Shown: piece by piece, positions 17,012 through 26,978 of the stretch
Numbering within the stretch: the first letter of the stretch is position 1
How the letters are laid out: each line of letters starts with the position of its first letter
DNA from: an uncultured Nitrososphaerota archaeon
GTDB taxonomy: Archaea; Korarchaeota; Korarchaeia; Korarchaeales; Korarchaeaceae
Reading direction: 5' to 3'
DNA: 64,000 bases
Assembly (NCBI GenBank): GCA_964618805.1
Contig: CAZUBM010000003.1
Span: forward strand, 1 to 64,000
Translations under genes and position numbers: made by a program
The notes under the pieces: generated by a model
Told to the model about the DNA's origin: nothing
The model's database searches: none
The model's input: only the letters and a program-made list of their open reading frames with translations

Positions 17012-18913
17012 ATGTTAAGTGTTTTAGCCCCAGCTGGGAGAGTAGAGGCCCTGCTAGGGAACGAAGCTATAGTTAGGGGTGCTCTTGAGGCCGGACTGGA
17101 TGTTGCAGCAGCCTATCCTGGAACACCTAGCACAGAGATAGGAGACACCCTCGGTTCGATAGCAAAGCAAGTTGGGGTGTACTTCGAATGGTCAACAAAC
17201 GAAAAGGTTGCTGTAGAGGTAGCTACTGCTGCTGCTTGGTCGGGATTGAGAGCTCTAGTTTCAATGAAACATGTTGGTCTAAATGTCGCCTCAGATGCTC
17301 TGTTTACACTAGCTTATGCTGGAACGAAGGGCGGATTGGTCGTGGTTAATGCTGGAGATCCATCAGCTCATAGTTCTCAAAATGAGCAGGATAACAGATA
17401 TTATGCGATAGCGATGGGCCTTCCCATGCTAGAGCCCTCCAATTCTCAGGAGGCAAAGGACTATACAAAGGAGGCATTTGAGCTATCTGAGAGATATGAG
17501 ACGCCCTTCATCCTAAGGACTACAACCAGAGTTAGCCACTCTAGAGGACCTGTTCTACTCGGTGAAATAAGAAAAGGGAGGGGTAGGGGGAGTTTTAAGC
17601 CGGAGAGATTTGATCAATACCTGCAGGTGGGTGCAATTGCTAGAAAGCATCATAAGATACTTTTAGATAAGCTGGAACGAATTGAAAAAGATCTGGGAAA
17701 GGATTCGAGATTTTTCAAGCTAGAAGGAGAAGAGAATTCTTCTTTAGGAATAATTACGTCTGGAATCTCTTATTCGTACGCATGGGAGGCTATTAAGCTA
17801 CTGGGATTAAGGGCGAAGTTATTGAAGTTAGGTTTAACGTTTCCCTTTCCAAAGGAAGTAGTTTCTGATTTTATAGATGGATTAGATACCTTAATCGTCG
17901 TAGAGGAGCTAGAACCCTTCTTAGAGACGCAGGTCACAGCTTTAGCTAAGGATTGTGCTCCAGAGTTGAACATAAAAGGTAAGCTAACAGGTCATTTTCC
18001 TAGGGTAGCAGAATATACTCCAAAGATAGTTGTTAAAGCTTTAGCAGCAATTACAGGGACACCTTTGCCATTAGATTTCGAAAAAATCGAAAAAAGGGCT
18101 AAATCAGTTCTTGAGAGGCTTCCTAGTAGACCACCAGTCCTTTGCCCTGCCTGTCCTCACAGGGCTACGGGTTACTCTCTTAGGAGGGCTACTTCTGGCA
18201 AATCCACCATCTACGTCGGTGATATTGGGTGTTATGCCCTTCTTTTCCAGAAACCCTTTGAGGTAGAGCACATAACACATGCAATGGGCTCTTCAGTTGG
18301 ATTTGCTAATGGATTCAGCTTGGCAACAGATCAACCAGTTGTGGCCTTGATAGGTGACTCGACATTTTTCCACGCTGGGATACCTGCCCTAATAAACGCA
18401 GTTCATAATAAGCACACTTTTGTAGCCATTATTTTGGATAATAGAATAACGGCTATGACTGGACATCAATCCCATCCTGGTGTCCCAATAGATGCCATGG
18501 GCGAAGAAGCGCCCATGATCGACATAGGCGGGCTTATTAGATCAATAGGTGTTGAATTTGTGAAAGAAATAGACCCATATAACTTTAAAGAGATGGAGAG
18601 TGCTCTTAGAGAAGCGCTAAATAGGAAAGGATTATCGGTAATAATAGCTAAGAGGGAATGCGCCCTCCTTACTGTTAGAAGGAAGAGGAGAAAGGGAGAA
18701 AAAATAGTGCCTTATCGCGTTAACCCTGAGAAGTGCACCCATTGCTTGGTTTGTATCAACACATATGCCTGTCCTGCTTTCACGGATACGGGAGAGAAGA
18801 TGATGATAGATCCCTCTATCTGTTTTGGATGCGGATCATGTGTGTCTATCTGTCCTTTTGGTGCGATAGAGCCATCAGAAGGTGCAAAGCCATGGCTAGA
18901 GGAGGGTGAATAA
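17012..18913 (+). CDS. iorA: Indolepyruvate:ferredoxin oxidoreductase alpha subunit
   Basis: GNEAIVRG, YPGTPSTE, KHVGLNVA, SSQNEQD, RPPVLCPACPH, GDSTFFH and C-terminal 2x[4Fe-4S]. Confidence 0.96.
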   Translation: MLSVLAPAGRVEALLGNEAIVRGALEAGLDVAAAYPGTPSTEIGDTLGSIAKQVGVYFEWSTNEKVAVEVATAAAWSGLRALVSMKHVGLNVASDALFTLAYAGTKGGLVVVNAGDPSAHSSQNEQDNRYYAIAMGLPMLEPSNSQEAKDYTKEAFELSERYETPFILRTTTRVSHSRGPVLLGEIRKGRGRGSFKPERFDQYLQVGAIARKHHKILLDKLERIEKDLGKDSRFFKLEGEENSSLGIITSGISYSYAWEAIKLLGLRAKLLKLGLTFPFPKEVVSDFIDGLDTLIVVEELEPFLETQVTALAKDCAPELNIKGKLTGHFPRVAEYTPKIVVKALAAITGTPLPLDFEKIEKRAKSVLERLPSRPPVLCPACPHRATGYSLRRATSGKSTIYVGDIGCYALLFQKPFEVEHITHAMGSSVGFANGFSLATDQPVVALIGDSTFFHAGIPALINAVHNKHTFVAIILDNRITAMTGHQSHPGVPIDAMGEEAPMIDIGGLIRSIGVEFVKEIDPYNFKEMESALREALNRKGLSVIIAKRECALLTVRRKRRKGEKIVPYRVNPEKCTHCLVCINTYACPAFTDTGEKMMIDPSICFGCGSCVSICPFGAIEPSEGAKPWLEEGE

Positions 18914-19544
18914 TATGGATGAGATAAATGTCATAGTTTCGGGAGTTGGGGGCCAGGGCATTCTGTTTGCAACCAATGTCATCATCAGAACCGCTCTCAA
19001 GAAAGGACTAAACTTTTCCCAGAGCGAAGTTCATGGACTTTCTCAGAGATATGGATCCATTCACACTGAGATTCGGATAGGCCCAAAGGTCAAGAGCCCA
19101 TTGATATTAGAGGGAACTCTTGACATGCTAATAGCAATGGAGCCTTTAGAAGCCATGAGATATGCAAATTATGTTAGCGAGAGAACTATTATTGTTTCAA
19201 ATAGCCACATAATACCTCCCCAATCCGCCCTTCTAGAGAGGTTTCAAGTACCAAATATTGATGAGATTAAAGAGCTCCTTTTATCCCTCAATCCGAGGAA
19301 ATTGGTGATGTTCAATGCCACAGAAATAGCTGCAAAGAAAGTTGGAGATCCCATAGTCACGAACTCGGTTATGCTTGGAGGAGCCTCGGCAACAGGGGTT
19401 TTACCGTTCTCCGATCAGGATATTAGAGAGGTTTTAGAGTCTTTAGTTCCTGAGAAATACAAAGAACAAAATATGAGAGCATTTGATTTGGGATATGAGG
19501 AAGTTAAGAGGATATTGGGGGGAGGGTTAGAAGATAAGGCGTAG
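18906..19544 (+). CDS. iorB: Indolepyruvate:ferredoxin oxidoreductase beta subunit
   Basis: GVGGQG, SEVHGLSQRYGS and EPLEA.R. Confidence 0.95.
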   Translation: MNNMDEINVIVSGVGGQGILFATNVIIRTALKKGLNFSQSEVHGLSQRYGSIHTEIRIGPKVKSPLILEGTLDMLIAMEPLEAMRYANYVSERTIIVSNSHIIPPQSALLERFQVPNIDEIKELLLSLNPRKLVMFNATEIAAKKVGDPIVTNSVMLGGASATGVLPFSDQDIREVLESLVPEKYKEQNMRAFDLGYEEVKRILGGGLEDKA

Positions 19545-21315
19545 AATAGCCGTAGTTTCCAGAGACAAATGTAATCCCAAAAAATGCGGGTTAGAGTGCA
19601 TTAAATACTGTCCACAGGTGAAATCTGGACAGGAAGACACTATAAAAATCAACGAGGAAGGCCTATTGGTTATCGACGAGGGTCTTTGCACCGGATGTGG
19701 TATATGTATCAGGGTTTGTCCATTTAACGCAATATCCATCGTTAACCTTCCAGCTCCCGTAGTTGGTGAAGATATACACAGGTACGGCAAAAACGGATTT
19801 GTGCTTTATAGATTACCCATTCCAAGAAGAGGAGCAATCGTAGGTATGATAGGCCCTAATGGGGTCGGTAAAACAACTGTGCTAAGGATACTTTCGGGGA
19901 CTTTGAAACCGAACCTTGGCAGATTGGAAGAAGAACCTTCATGGGACGAAATAATTGAGAGGTTTAGGGGATCTGAATTACAAGATCACTTTAAGAATAT
20001 CTCAGATGGAGGTATAAACGTCTCAATAAAACCGGAAAGAATAGACCTTATTCCTAAGGTTGCAAAGGGAACTGTTTCTGAAATCCTCAAAAGGGCTGAT
20101 AAAACCGATAAGGTCGATGAGATTGCTGAACTCTTAGGGCTTGAAGGGCTGGGGGATAGAAAGATTACTCAGCTAAGCGGAGGTGAATTACAAAGGTTAG
20201 CTGTTGGAGTAGCATGCTTAAAGGACGCAGATTTATACGTGTTCGATGAGCCCAGCAACTACTTAGATGTCTATCAAAGAATGAGCGTAGCTAGGGCAAT
20301 AAGGTCGATAATAAGAGAAGATAGATCGGTTCTTCTTGCTGAGCATGATCTTGCGATGTTAGATTATCTAAGCGACTATATTCACATAATATATGGTCTT
20401 CCGGATGTTTATGGTGTTGTTAGCTTTCCTCATTTCTCCAAGGATGGTATAAACATATTCCTAGACGGATATCTGCCAGAGGATAATGTTAAATTTAGAG
20501 ACTACTCGATAAAGTTCGTTAAGAAAGGAGCTGCAAAGCCTACGGAAAGAACTCCTCTTGTCGTTTACACAAGTCTAACAAAGAAATACGATGAAAATTT
20601 TAGATTAGATGTTGAAGAGGGAGAAATTATTGCAGGAGAGGTAGTGGTAGCCCTTGGCCCAAATGGAATAGGGAAAACCACGTTCGTTCGAATACTAGCT
20701 GGTGAGTTAAGTCCGGACTCAGGAGACGTTTTGACGTCAGGCTTAAAAGTCGCTTATAAGCCCCAGTACATCAAATCTGATTACGAGGGAACCGTTGAGG
20801 ATTTACTTAAGAGAGTTGCTGGATCATTTTACACCTCAAGCTACTTCAAAACAGAGGTACTCCACAGACTAAGACTCACTGGCCTTCTTGACAGAAAGGT
20901 TAGTGAGCTAAGCGGAGGAGCGCTTCAAAGAGTGGCTATAGCAATTACGTTGGCAAGAGATGCCGATATATATCTTTTAGACGAACCTAGCGCATTTCTA
21001 GATGTTGAAATGAGGCTTGCTGCCGCAAAAGCCATAAAGAGACGAATTGAGGGAGAAAGCAAAGCCGCTATGGTTGTTGAACACGATCTCTTAATGGCCG
21101 AATCTTTGGCTGATAGAGTAATAGTTTTCAGAGGCAATCCTGGAATTCATGGTCACGCTGAAGGCCCATTAGAAGTATCTGAGGGCTTGAACAAGTTCCT
21201 TAAAGATGTAGGCATAACTATACGAAGGGATCCTTCTACGGGGAGGCCCAGGGTAAATAAGCCTGGATCAAAAATGGATCAGTTGGCCAGGTCTTCTGGA
21301 ATTTATTACGCCTAG
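19534..21315 (+). CDS. rli: Ribosome recycling ATPase RLI/ABCE1 (probable ATA start)
   Basis: The in-frame N-terminal extension IRRRIAVVSRDKCNPKKCGLECIKYCP lies upstream of the track start at 19618. Also CTGCGICIRVCP, two Walker A motifs and LSGG signatures. Confidence 0.95.
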   Translation: MRRRIAVVSRDKCNPKKCGLECIKYCPQVKSGQEDTIKINEEGLLVIDEGLCTGCGICIRVCPFNAISIVNLPAPVVGEDIHRYGKNGFVLYRLPIPRRGAIVGMIGPNGVGKTTVLRILSGTLKPNLGRLEEEPSWDEIIERFRGSELQDHFKNISDGGINVSIKPERIDLIPKVAKGTVSEILKRADKTDKVDEIAELLGLEGLGDRKITQLSGGELQRLAVGVACLKDADLYVFDEPSNYLDVYQRMSVARAIRSIIREDRSVLLAEHDLAMLDYLSDYIHIIYGLPDVYGVVSFPHFSKDGINIFLDGYLPEDNVKFRDYSIKFVKKGAAKPTERTPLVVYTSLTKKYDENFRLDVEEGEIIAGEVVVALGPNGIGKTTFVRILAGELSPDSGDVLTSGLKVAYKPQYIKSDYEGTVEDLLKRVAGSFYTSSYFKTEVLHRLRLTGLLDRKVSELSGGALQRVAIAITLARDADIYLLDEPSAFLDVEMRLAAAKAIKRRIEGESKAAMVVEHDLLMAESLADRVIVFRGNPGIHGHAEGPLEVSEGLNKFLKDVGITIRRDPSTGRPRVNKPGSKMDQLARSSGIYYA

Positions 21316-21320
21316 CCCGC

Positions 21321-22469
21321 CTAAGGTGGTGAAATCACACCAGTTCTTTCTGCTAGCTTCCTTGCCGCGGTTTCCGTTAGACCGCTTGTGCCCAGTATAG
21401 TGAACCTATCCCTTACCTTGTGGGCAATGGTCAGAGCTTCTATCACTGCTTCTCTATCTAAGCCGGCTTCCTCAGCAGTGACAGGGACCCCAGCCTCCAT
21501 AAGCTTTGCTCTTATCTTCTTCCAATCCTGCCCCTGAAGATCTGCCATCATTATTGTTCCCAAAGCAACTTGTATGCCATGATGTGTGTTTCTATACCCT
21601 TTTTCCATAGCTAAAATGTCTAGTGCGTGACTGAAGAGGTGCTCGCTTCCGCTTGCAGGTCTTGAACTACCAGCAATGCTAATGGCTACCCCGCTACCTA
21701 TTAGCGCCTTGACTATTATTCTAGCACTTTCCTCTAGGCCAGGTTTTACTTCGCTTGCATGATCCATGACGATCTTAGCGCTTAAAATCGCCATCGAAGC
21801 GGCATATTCACTATATCTCTCAGCTCTTAGCTTAGAGGCCAATTCCCAGTCTTTGACAGCCGTAATCTTAGATACTAGATCGCCAAATCCTGCCTTAAAT
21901 GTCTCTGGAGGGGCATTCTTTATGATTTCAGTGTCTGCAATTATTGCAAAGGGAGCTTCGGCAATTGCCCACTCTGGACCTTTTGTGTTCTCAATTTGTC
22001 TTGAAAGCAGGAAGTTTATGCATGGAGATGCTACTCCATCATGGCTTGCAGATGTTGGAGCACTTAGATATTTCAATCCTAGCCATGCTGCCATGAGCTT
22101 AGTCACATCTAATATCCTTCCGCCTCCAACACCGATCAATATCTCTGGATGGATCCTTTTTCCTTTCTCCACAAGGTTTTCGATGTCCCTTGCCTTGGGC
22201 ATCCTAGTGATGACCTTCTGAATGTCGTAGCTCCAGCCCTCATCATCTAATCTATCCGCTAATCTTTCAGCTATTTTGCTGGTATGAGTCCCTCCAGTTA
22301 CTATCATGATAGTTCCTTTTATTTCTAATGATTTTAGGATTAGGGGAGTCTTATCCAAAGCCCTCGGGCCAAAAAATATGTATCTTGGGCTCTCTATAAA
22401 CTCGAGCCTATCTATGTACTTCTTCATTAGAGGGGCCAATTGCGTCGATGAAGTTATGATCTTATCCAT
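21321..22469 (-). CDS. egsA: sn-glycerol-1-phosphate dehydrogenase
   Basis: GVGGGRILD, PTSASHDG, GSSRPASGSEHLFSHALD and HGIQV. Confidence 0.95.
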   Translation of the reverse strand: MDKIITSSTQLAPLMKKYIDRLEFIESPRYIFFGPRALDKTPLILKSLEIKGTIMIVTGGTHTSKIAERLADRLDDEGWSYDIQKVITRMPKARDIENLVEKGKRIHPEILIGVGGGRILDVTKLMAAWLGLKYLSAPTSASHDGVASPCINFLLSRQIENTKGPEWAIAEAPFAIIADTEIIKNAPPETFKAGFGDLVSKITAVKDWELASKLRAERYSEYAASMAILSAKIVMDHASEVKPGLEESARIIVKALIGSGVAISIAGSSRPASGSEHLFSHALDILAMEKGYRNTHHGIQVALGTIMMADLQGQDWKKIRAKLMEAGVPVTAEEAGLDREAVIEALTIAHKVRDRFTILGTSGLTETAARKLAERTGVISPP

Positions 22470-22600
22470 AAAAATCCTTCATGTTAAGTCAATCCTTTAC
22501 CCAGAAAACCCAGTTTAATAAGGGTGCATAGATTCACCAAAAGTAGCTGTGTGATGCAACAACCTTAAAAGAGATGGACAGAGAGCAGATCTGATCATAT

Positions 22601-23305
22601 ATGGGGATGGATAACAAACTCAAACTGGCAATAGGCTTCAATGTAATAATACTGCTGCTTATCTTGATCATTCCAAACTTACCAGAAAGACACATGTTTG
22701 AGATACAGGTTGAGCCCAAGGTAGTTCGGTTAGGAACGGAGTTCAGTGTTAAGATTAAGTTTGAGGAAATCCCGACATCCTGTATTTTGAAGATAGTAGA
22801 CGGAGCTACTAATAGAGTGATAGAGAGCAGAGAGTTTGCCTCTGTTAGTGAAAATAGTCTGATTGCGCGTTTCTTTGCAAACGAAGAGATCTATCCCATA
22901 GGACTTCAGATAGCTCGCGTTGAGGCAAACTATGGTGGGAAAAAAGTCGTCAGGGAGGCATATTTCCCTGTGTCAACTGGTGTTAACATATCTGCAGTTA
23001 TAGATATCAAACCCTCGGTATTGCGACTCAGACCAGGGGAGAACGCTACCGTGGATATTAAGATAAGGGTGTGTGATGAATTAAATCGCTCTGTTTCTAA
23101 TGCAATGGTATGGATTTGGACCGATGATGTGAACGTATCTGTGACTCCAAACATGAGTAAGACGGATATAAATGGAGAAACTAGTGCTGTCCTTTATCTA
23201 CCTCCTGGCAATTATACACAGGTAATAGTGCATGTAACCGCTGCAAAAAGAGGACATCCAGTCTTTTACACCTCTTTTGAGATTCCGATACTCAGAGAAA
23301 AGTGA
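22601..23305 (+). CDS. Secreted/membrane-anchored protein with Ig-like beta domains
   Basis: N-terminal hydrophobic helix, beta-rich repeats and an invasin/Big-1-like 'V.D...R.VSNA.V ... TDING' pattern. Confidence 0.6.
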   Translation: MGMDNKLKLAIGFNVIILLLILIIPNLPERHMFEIQVEPKVVRLGTEFSVKIKFEEIPTSCILKIVDGATNRVIESREFASVSENSLIARFFANEEIYPIGLQIARVEANYGGKKVVREAYFPVSTGVNISAVIDIKPSVLRLRPGENATVDIKIRVCDELNRSVSNAMVWIWTDDVNVSVTPNMSKTDINGETSAVLYLPPGNYTQVIVHVTAAKRGHPVFYTSFEIPILREK

Positions 23306-23488
23306 TAGCTTGCGAATTTGAACTCAAAAGAATTAACCGTTAGCATGCAAATGGCTTTCGTTCTTCTCAAGTCATTTGCTATTTACTGATTGTTACTGCT
23401 ACATTGATTGAGCGCGACATGAGAGAGTTAAGTTTCACGGCTAATTGAAGTTGTCTAAGAGGCTCATCTTAGGAAGAGAAAGCTGTTA

Positions 23489-23962
23489 TTACTTGGAAGT
23501 TTCCTTGTCTTCCTTTCCTTCACCATGACTGCTGAACAATTTCATTATCCTCTCAACAACGGTACTAGTAGAAGGTACTTCAACTTCGAATTTTCTCATT
23601 CGCACAACCTTCGTTTTTAATCCTCTTTCCTCCAGTTCCTTTATAAGCCACTCCTCACTTGCCCATTGATCGTATCCAAGGACGATTATATCTGGCTTCT
23701 CCCTTTCAATAGTAGAGAGCGGATCCTTTATGTCCCCTAAAACTGCTCTATCAACAGGTTTAAGGTTCTGCATCATGAACAATCGTTCCTTTTCTGAGAA
23801 GATTGGAGGATGACCCTTGTACTTTCTAACATTCTTGTCTCTAGCTATAATCACAACTAATTCTCCATCAGGACCTGCTAACTTCTTCGCTTCTATCAGA
23901 AGTCTCACATGCCCTGCATGGATTATATCGAACGTTCCTGCCGTTAGCACCTTCTTTCCCAA
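23489..23962 (-). CDS. ribL: FAD synthase (archaeal cytidylyltransferase-like)
   Basis: GTFDIIHAGH, VIIARD and KPDIIVLGYDQ. Confidence 0.85.
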   Translation of the reverse strand: MGKKVLTAGTFDIIHAGHVRLLIEAKKLAGPDGELVVIIARDKNVRKYKGHPPIFSEKERLFMMQNLKPVDRAVLGDIKDPLSTIEREKPDIIVLGYDQWASEEWLIKELEERGLKTKVVRMRKFEVEVPSTSTVVERIMKLFSSHGEGKEDKETSK

Positions 23963-24036
23963 TCTGCCTCAACTCCTTCCATTCGGTGTTGTTTTAAATA
24001 CCTCTCCTAACCATCGTCAGTAGGGAGTGCCTGGAT

Positions 24037-24975
24037 TTGGAAGGCCTCTTAGTGTGGCTTGAATCCCAAGGAGATCCGCCATACAGCTTATTAACCCATG
24101 GTGAAGACTTAGATGGATTAGTCTCAGCTGGGATATTCTTAAAGATCCTAGAAAAAGTTGTGAATCTGAAATTTTCGGCGCCATACTGGGCTATAGATGA
24201 TAAGAAAATGTATGACATAGTGACAGACCTCCCTCCTCCGAAAGGCGGGTGTAAAATTCTAATCGATCATCATCCTAGCAACGTTGAACTCGGAAGGAAG
24301 AGGGCAATCAAATCATTTGTCCGGCCTAGTTACCCATCAACAGCTCTCCTTGCATGGGAATTGCTTAATGAGGAAACAGATCTAAATCAACTGAAGCCAT
24401 TAGTGGATTTAACTTCAGAAGTGGACTCAGGCAAGTATGATGAGGGTTCAATAAGATTTACAGTAGTAGTTAGGAAACTGTTCTCATCTCCAAGTAGAGA
24501 GACTACTCTTAGAAGAGTAGTTAAAGAGCTGATAGAAGAAGCGCCGTCAAGTGGAGAAGGATTGCTAAAACTTAGGTCTATTTTCCCTGTTTGGAAGGAT
24601 ATTGAAAACGAGGAGGGCGATTTTCTATCTTGGATAAATTCTCTACCAATGAAGGTTACAGATGGAAGAGATCTTGCAGTAATAATTCATGTTGGAAGGG
24701 GTCCAGGGTACCTAAGCCCATTAATTCACTATAAGCTTCAGAATTTGGTTGATCTAGAAGCCGTCCTTAGGATATCCGACGATGGTAAAGGAAGGCTTTC
24801 GATAAGGAGTAGAGAGGGTTCTAAAGTAAGTGCTCTGGAACTTGCTGCGAAACTTGGTGGCGGTGGACATGAGAGGGCAGCTGGTGCCACCATTGACCCG
24901 AAAGATATAGAATTACTTGAGAAAATCCTTAGGAGGATTGGTCTGAAGGTTATGATGATTAACAAACCTCATTGA
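24037..24975 (+). CDS. DHH/DHHA1 family phosphoesterase
   Basis: HGEDLDGLVS, IDHHPS, SIRS and GGGGHERAAG. Confidence 0.9.
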   Translation: MEGLLVWLESQGDPPYSLLTHGEDLDGLVSAGIFLKILEKVVNLKFSAPYWAIDDKKMYDIVTDLPPPKGGCKILIDHHPSNVELGRKRAIKSFVRPSYPSTALLAWELLNEETDLNQLKPLVDLTSEVDSGKYDEGSIRFTVVVRKLFSSPSRETTLRRVVKELIEEAPSSGEGLLKLRSIFPVWKDIENEEGDFLSWINSLPMKVTDGRDLAVIIHVGRGPGYLSPLIHYKLQNLVDLEAVLRISDDGKGRLSIRSREGSKVSALELAAKLGGGGHERAAGATIDPKDIELLEKILRRIGLKVMMINKPH

Positions 24976-25005
24976 TTTATATGGCTGCTTGATTAAATTT
25001 CACTT

Positions 25006-25064
25006 GGCCGATGAAGAAGGAGGTGATCTCTGAGTAATGATGATGCACGAAAAAGACGGAGGCC
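25006..25064 (+). ncRNA. Box C/D guide sRNA
   Basis: GGCC ends; C box CCGATGA (25008-14), 15-nt guide, D' CTGA (25030-33), C' ATGATGA (25037-43), 13-nt guide, D CGGA (25057-60). Upstream TTTATAT at ~24977. Confidence 0.7.
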
Positions 25065-25086
25065 GCTTGTTGAGGTGCTTTAGATC

Positions 25087-25452
25087 TTGAAGGACCTTGA
25101 CAGGATTAATGAGATTTTAAATGGACTTAGGAGGGGGAAAATTCAGATCTCTTACGCTGCTCAGGAATTTTGGTGTCTCTTATGTGAGTTTTCTGAGCAA
25201 TTATCTGAGATCCTAGCGAGGGTTCCTCCTGAGATTTTGTACCAATTGATAAGAGCTGGACTTTTGAGCGCTGATCCGGATATGTTTAGACTTGGTGAGG
25301 AGAACATTTGGTTTAGAGAGAAAGTTGGAAGTGTAATACGATCTCTAGATAGGGATGAGCTTGAAGAGGTTTCCAAAGCTATACTAAATTCAGGTTTGGA
25401 GAGAAGTGCACTCGCATCAAGGGTCTTTTATATGCACAAAAAGTTAAGATGA
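25087..25452 (+). CDS. Hypothetical helical protein
   Basis: 121-aa ORF with a GAGGTG SD and TTG start; no recognised motif. Confidence 0.6.
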   Translation: MKDLDRINEILNGLRRGKIQISYAAQEFWCLLCEFSEQLSEILARVPPEILYQLIRAGLLSADPDMFRLGEENIWFREKVGSVIRSLDRDELEEVSKAILNSGLERSALASRVFYMHKKLR

Positions 25453-25465
25453 ATCTAAAGAAGGA

Positions 25466-25592
25466 TCGGGGCGCCGGGATTCGAACCCGGGACCTGCCGG
25501 TTTCTGATAGTTCTTGAATGAGCGGCTACCGAAAGGGCTCGGTATCCGCCGAACCCCTACAGCCGGCCGCTCTACCACTGAGCTACGCCCCG
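25466..25592 (-). tRNA. tRNA-Tyr(GTA) with ~55-nt intron at 37/38 (25502-25556)
   Basis: Acceptor CGGGGCG/CGCCCCG (C1-G72, A73), GCCGG-CTGTAG[intron]A-CCGGC and T-arm TTCGAAT; relaxed BHB at the junction. Confidence 0.93.
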
Positions 25593-25664
25593 AATCCTAG
25601 AGATCTACTATCACTTCATAAGTATTAAAAGATTGCTTGTCCTCTCAGCTAACAGCCTAAGAAC

Positions 25665-25946
25665 TTATTCGACTAACAAGCAAGGAACTCCTTTGTAAAT
25701 TCCATACCTTCCTCCACAAGATTTGCAGACAAGTTCTCCAGCAACTATCTCTGTACCTAGACAGATCTCACAATCTTCAGGACGTATTTTTGACGGAGAT
25801 TCCCCTCTCATTGCACAGAATTTTTTGCAAAGCACTCTCTTAGGCCTCTTCTGCGTTCCTATTTTCTCTGTCGTGTAATTTATTAGGGTTAAAGGGAAGC
25901 TATTACATTTTGGACATATCAAAACGTCCAAAAGCATGAATTTCAA
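25665..25946 (-). CDS. trm112: Trm112-family methyltransferase activator
   Basis: LLDVLICPKC..FPL ... EIVAGELVCKSCG.RYGI.KGVP.LL. Confidence 0.88.
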   Translation of the reverse strand: MKFMLLDVLICPKCNSFPLTLINYTTEKIGTQKRPKRVLCKKFCAMRGESPSKIRPEDCEICLGTEIVAGELVCKSCGGRYGIYKGVPCLLVE

Positions 25947-26656
25947 TTCATCAGCCTCTCAACTACTTTTGGGAGATCTTTAAGCGAATATATAACCTCA
26001 TCCACGTACTTTGGAGGCTTTAAGGGCTGGTGTTCCCATGGGATCCAAACGGTTCTGATGCCTAGATTTTTAGCACCAAGCATGTCGTCCTCCAACTCGT
26101 CTCCAACCATAACGCACTCATGTGGGCTTGATTTAGCGGTTTGAAGAGCTAATTGAAATATTTTTGGATGAGGCTTCCTATATCCCACTTCCTCTGAAAA
26201 TAATGTTGCTGAGAAGTAGTTTAAGAGACCATTTCTCCTTAAAATCTCTCTGCCCATCCATGCAAAGGAGATATTTGAGATTAAAATGAGCGAATATTTC
26301 CTAGAAAGGCGTTTAACTACCTCTTTTACGCCCTCCCTTAACTTTGTCAGCTCCAAATATGGTTTTGAATACGCATTTAGATGTTCCTTTCCAACCGATA
26401 CGCTTAATCCCAGCCTGTCAAAAAACATTGATATCGCCTTTTTTGCTGGAATCTCCTTCAATGTACTCTTTCTTATCTTAGAATGCTCTTCTTCAACGTT
26501 TTTATAGGTTGAATAAGCGAATTCCAAATAATCATCCGAAGGATCCATTCCACAAGCTCTTAGCAGCTCAAGAACTCTGATCTTAATGTAAAGGGTCTTT
26601 GAAACCTTAGGTTCTATTAGGGTCCCCCACAAATCCATCAAAACAGCAGATGTCAT
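25943..26656 (-). CDS. HAD-superfamily hydrolase
   Basis: DLWGTL, ISN, KPHPKIF and VGDELEDDMLGA. Confidence 0.92.
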   Translation of the reverse strand: MTSAVLMDLWGTLIEPKVSKTLYIKIRVLELLRACGMDPSDDYLEFAYSTYKNVEEEHSKIRKSTLKEIPAKKAISMFFDRLGLSVSVGKEHLNAYSKPYLELTKLREGVKEVVKRLSRKYSLILISNISFAWMGREILRRNGLLNYFSATLFSEEVGYRKPHPKIFQLALQTAKSSPHECVMVGDELEDDMLGAKNLGIRTVWIPWEHQPLKPPKYVDEVIYSLKDLPKVVERLMN

Positions 26657-26708
26657 CGATGACCAAAAAGGGGAAATTCATAAAAATGGTTCTGATAGGC
26701 AACATAGC

Positions 26709-26978
26709 ATGTCATCAGCTGAAAGGCCAAGGTACGAGGTCAAGATAGTCAGGTTAGAGAGAGCTCTGAGGACGAAAAAAGAGGTTAGGGAGAAGGTTAA
26801 AGAATTGCTAGGGGGGAACATGGTCAAGAAGTTCAGCAAAGACGCGGTCGACTGTCCTGTACTTGAGAAAAGAGTGTCCTTTCTCGAATGTTATATATGT
26901 CCTAATTTCATTAGGAGATTCAAGGGAACCGTTCACTGCAGGGGTGAACCTATCTCGACCTCCTCCGCAGAAGAATAA
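26709..26978 (+). CDS. Small Cys-rich conserved archaeal hypothetical protein
   Basis: VDCPV...VSFLECYICPNFIRR.KG.VHC.G, a likely metal site. Confidence 0.7.
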   Translation: MSSAERPRYEVKIVRLERALRTKKEVREKVKELLGGNMVKKFSKDAVDCPVLEKRVSFLECYICPNFIRRFKGTVHCRGEPISTSSAEE

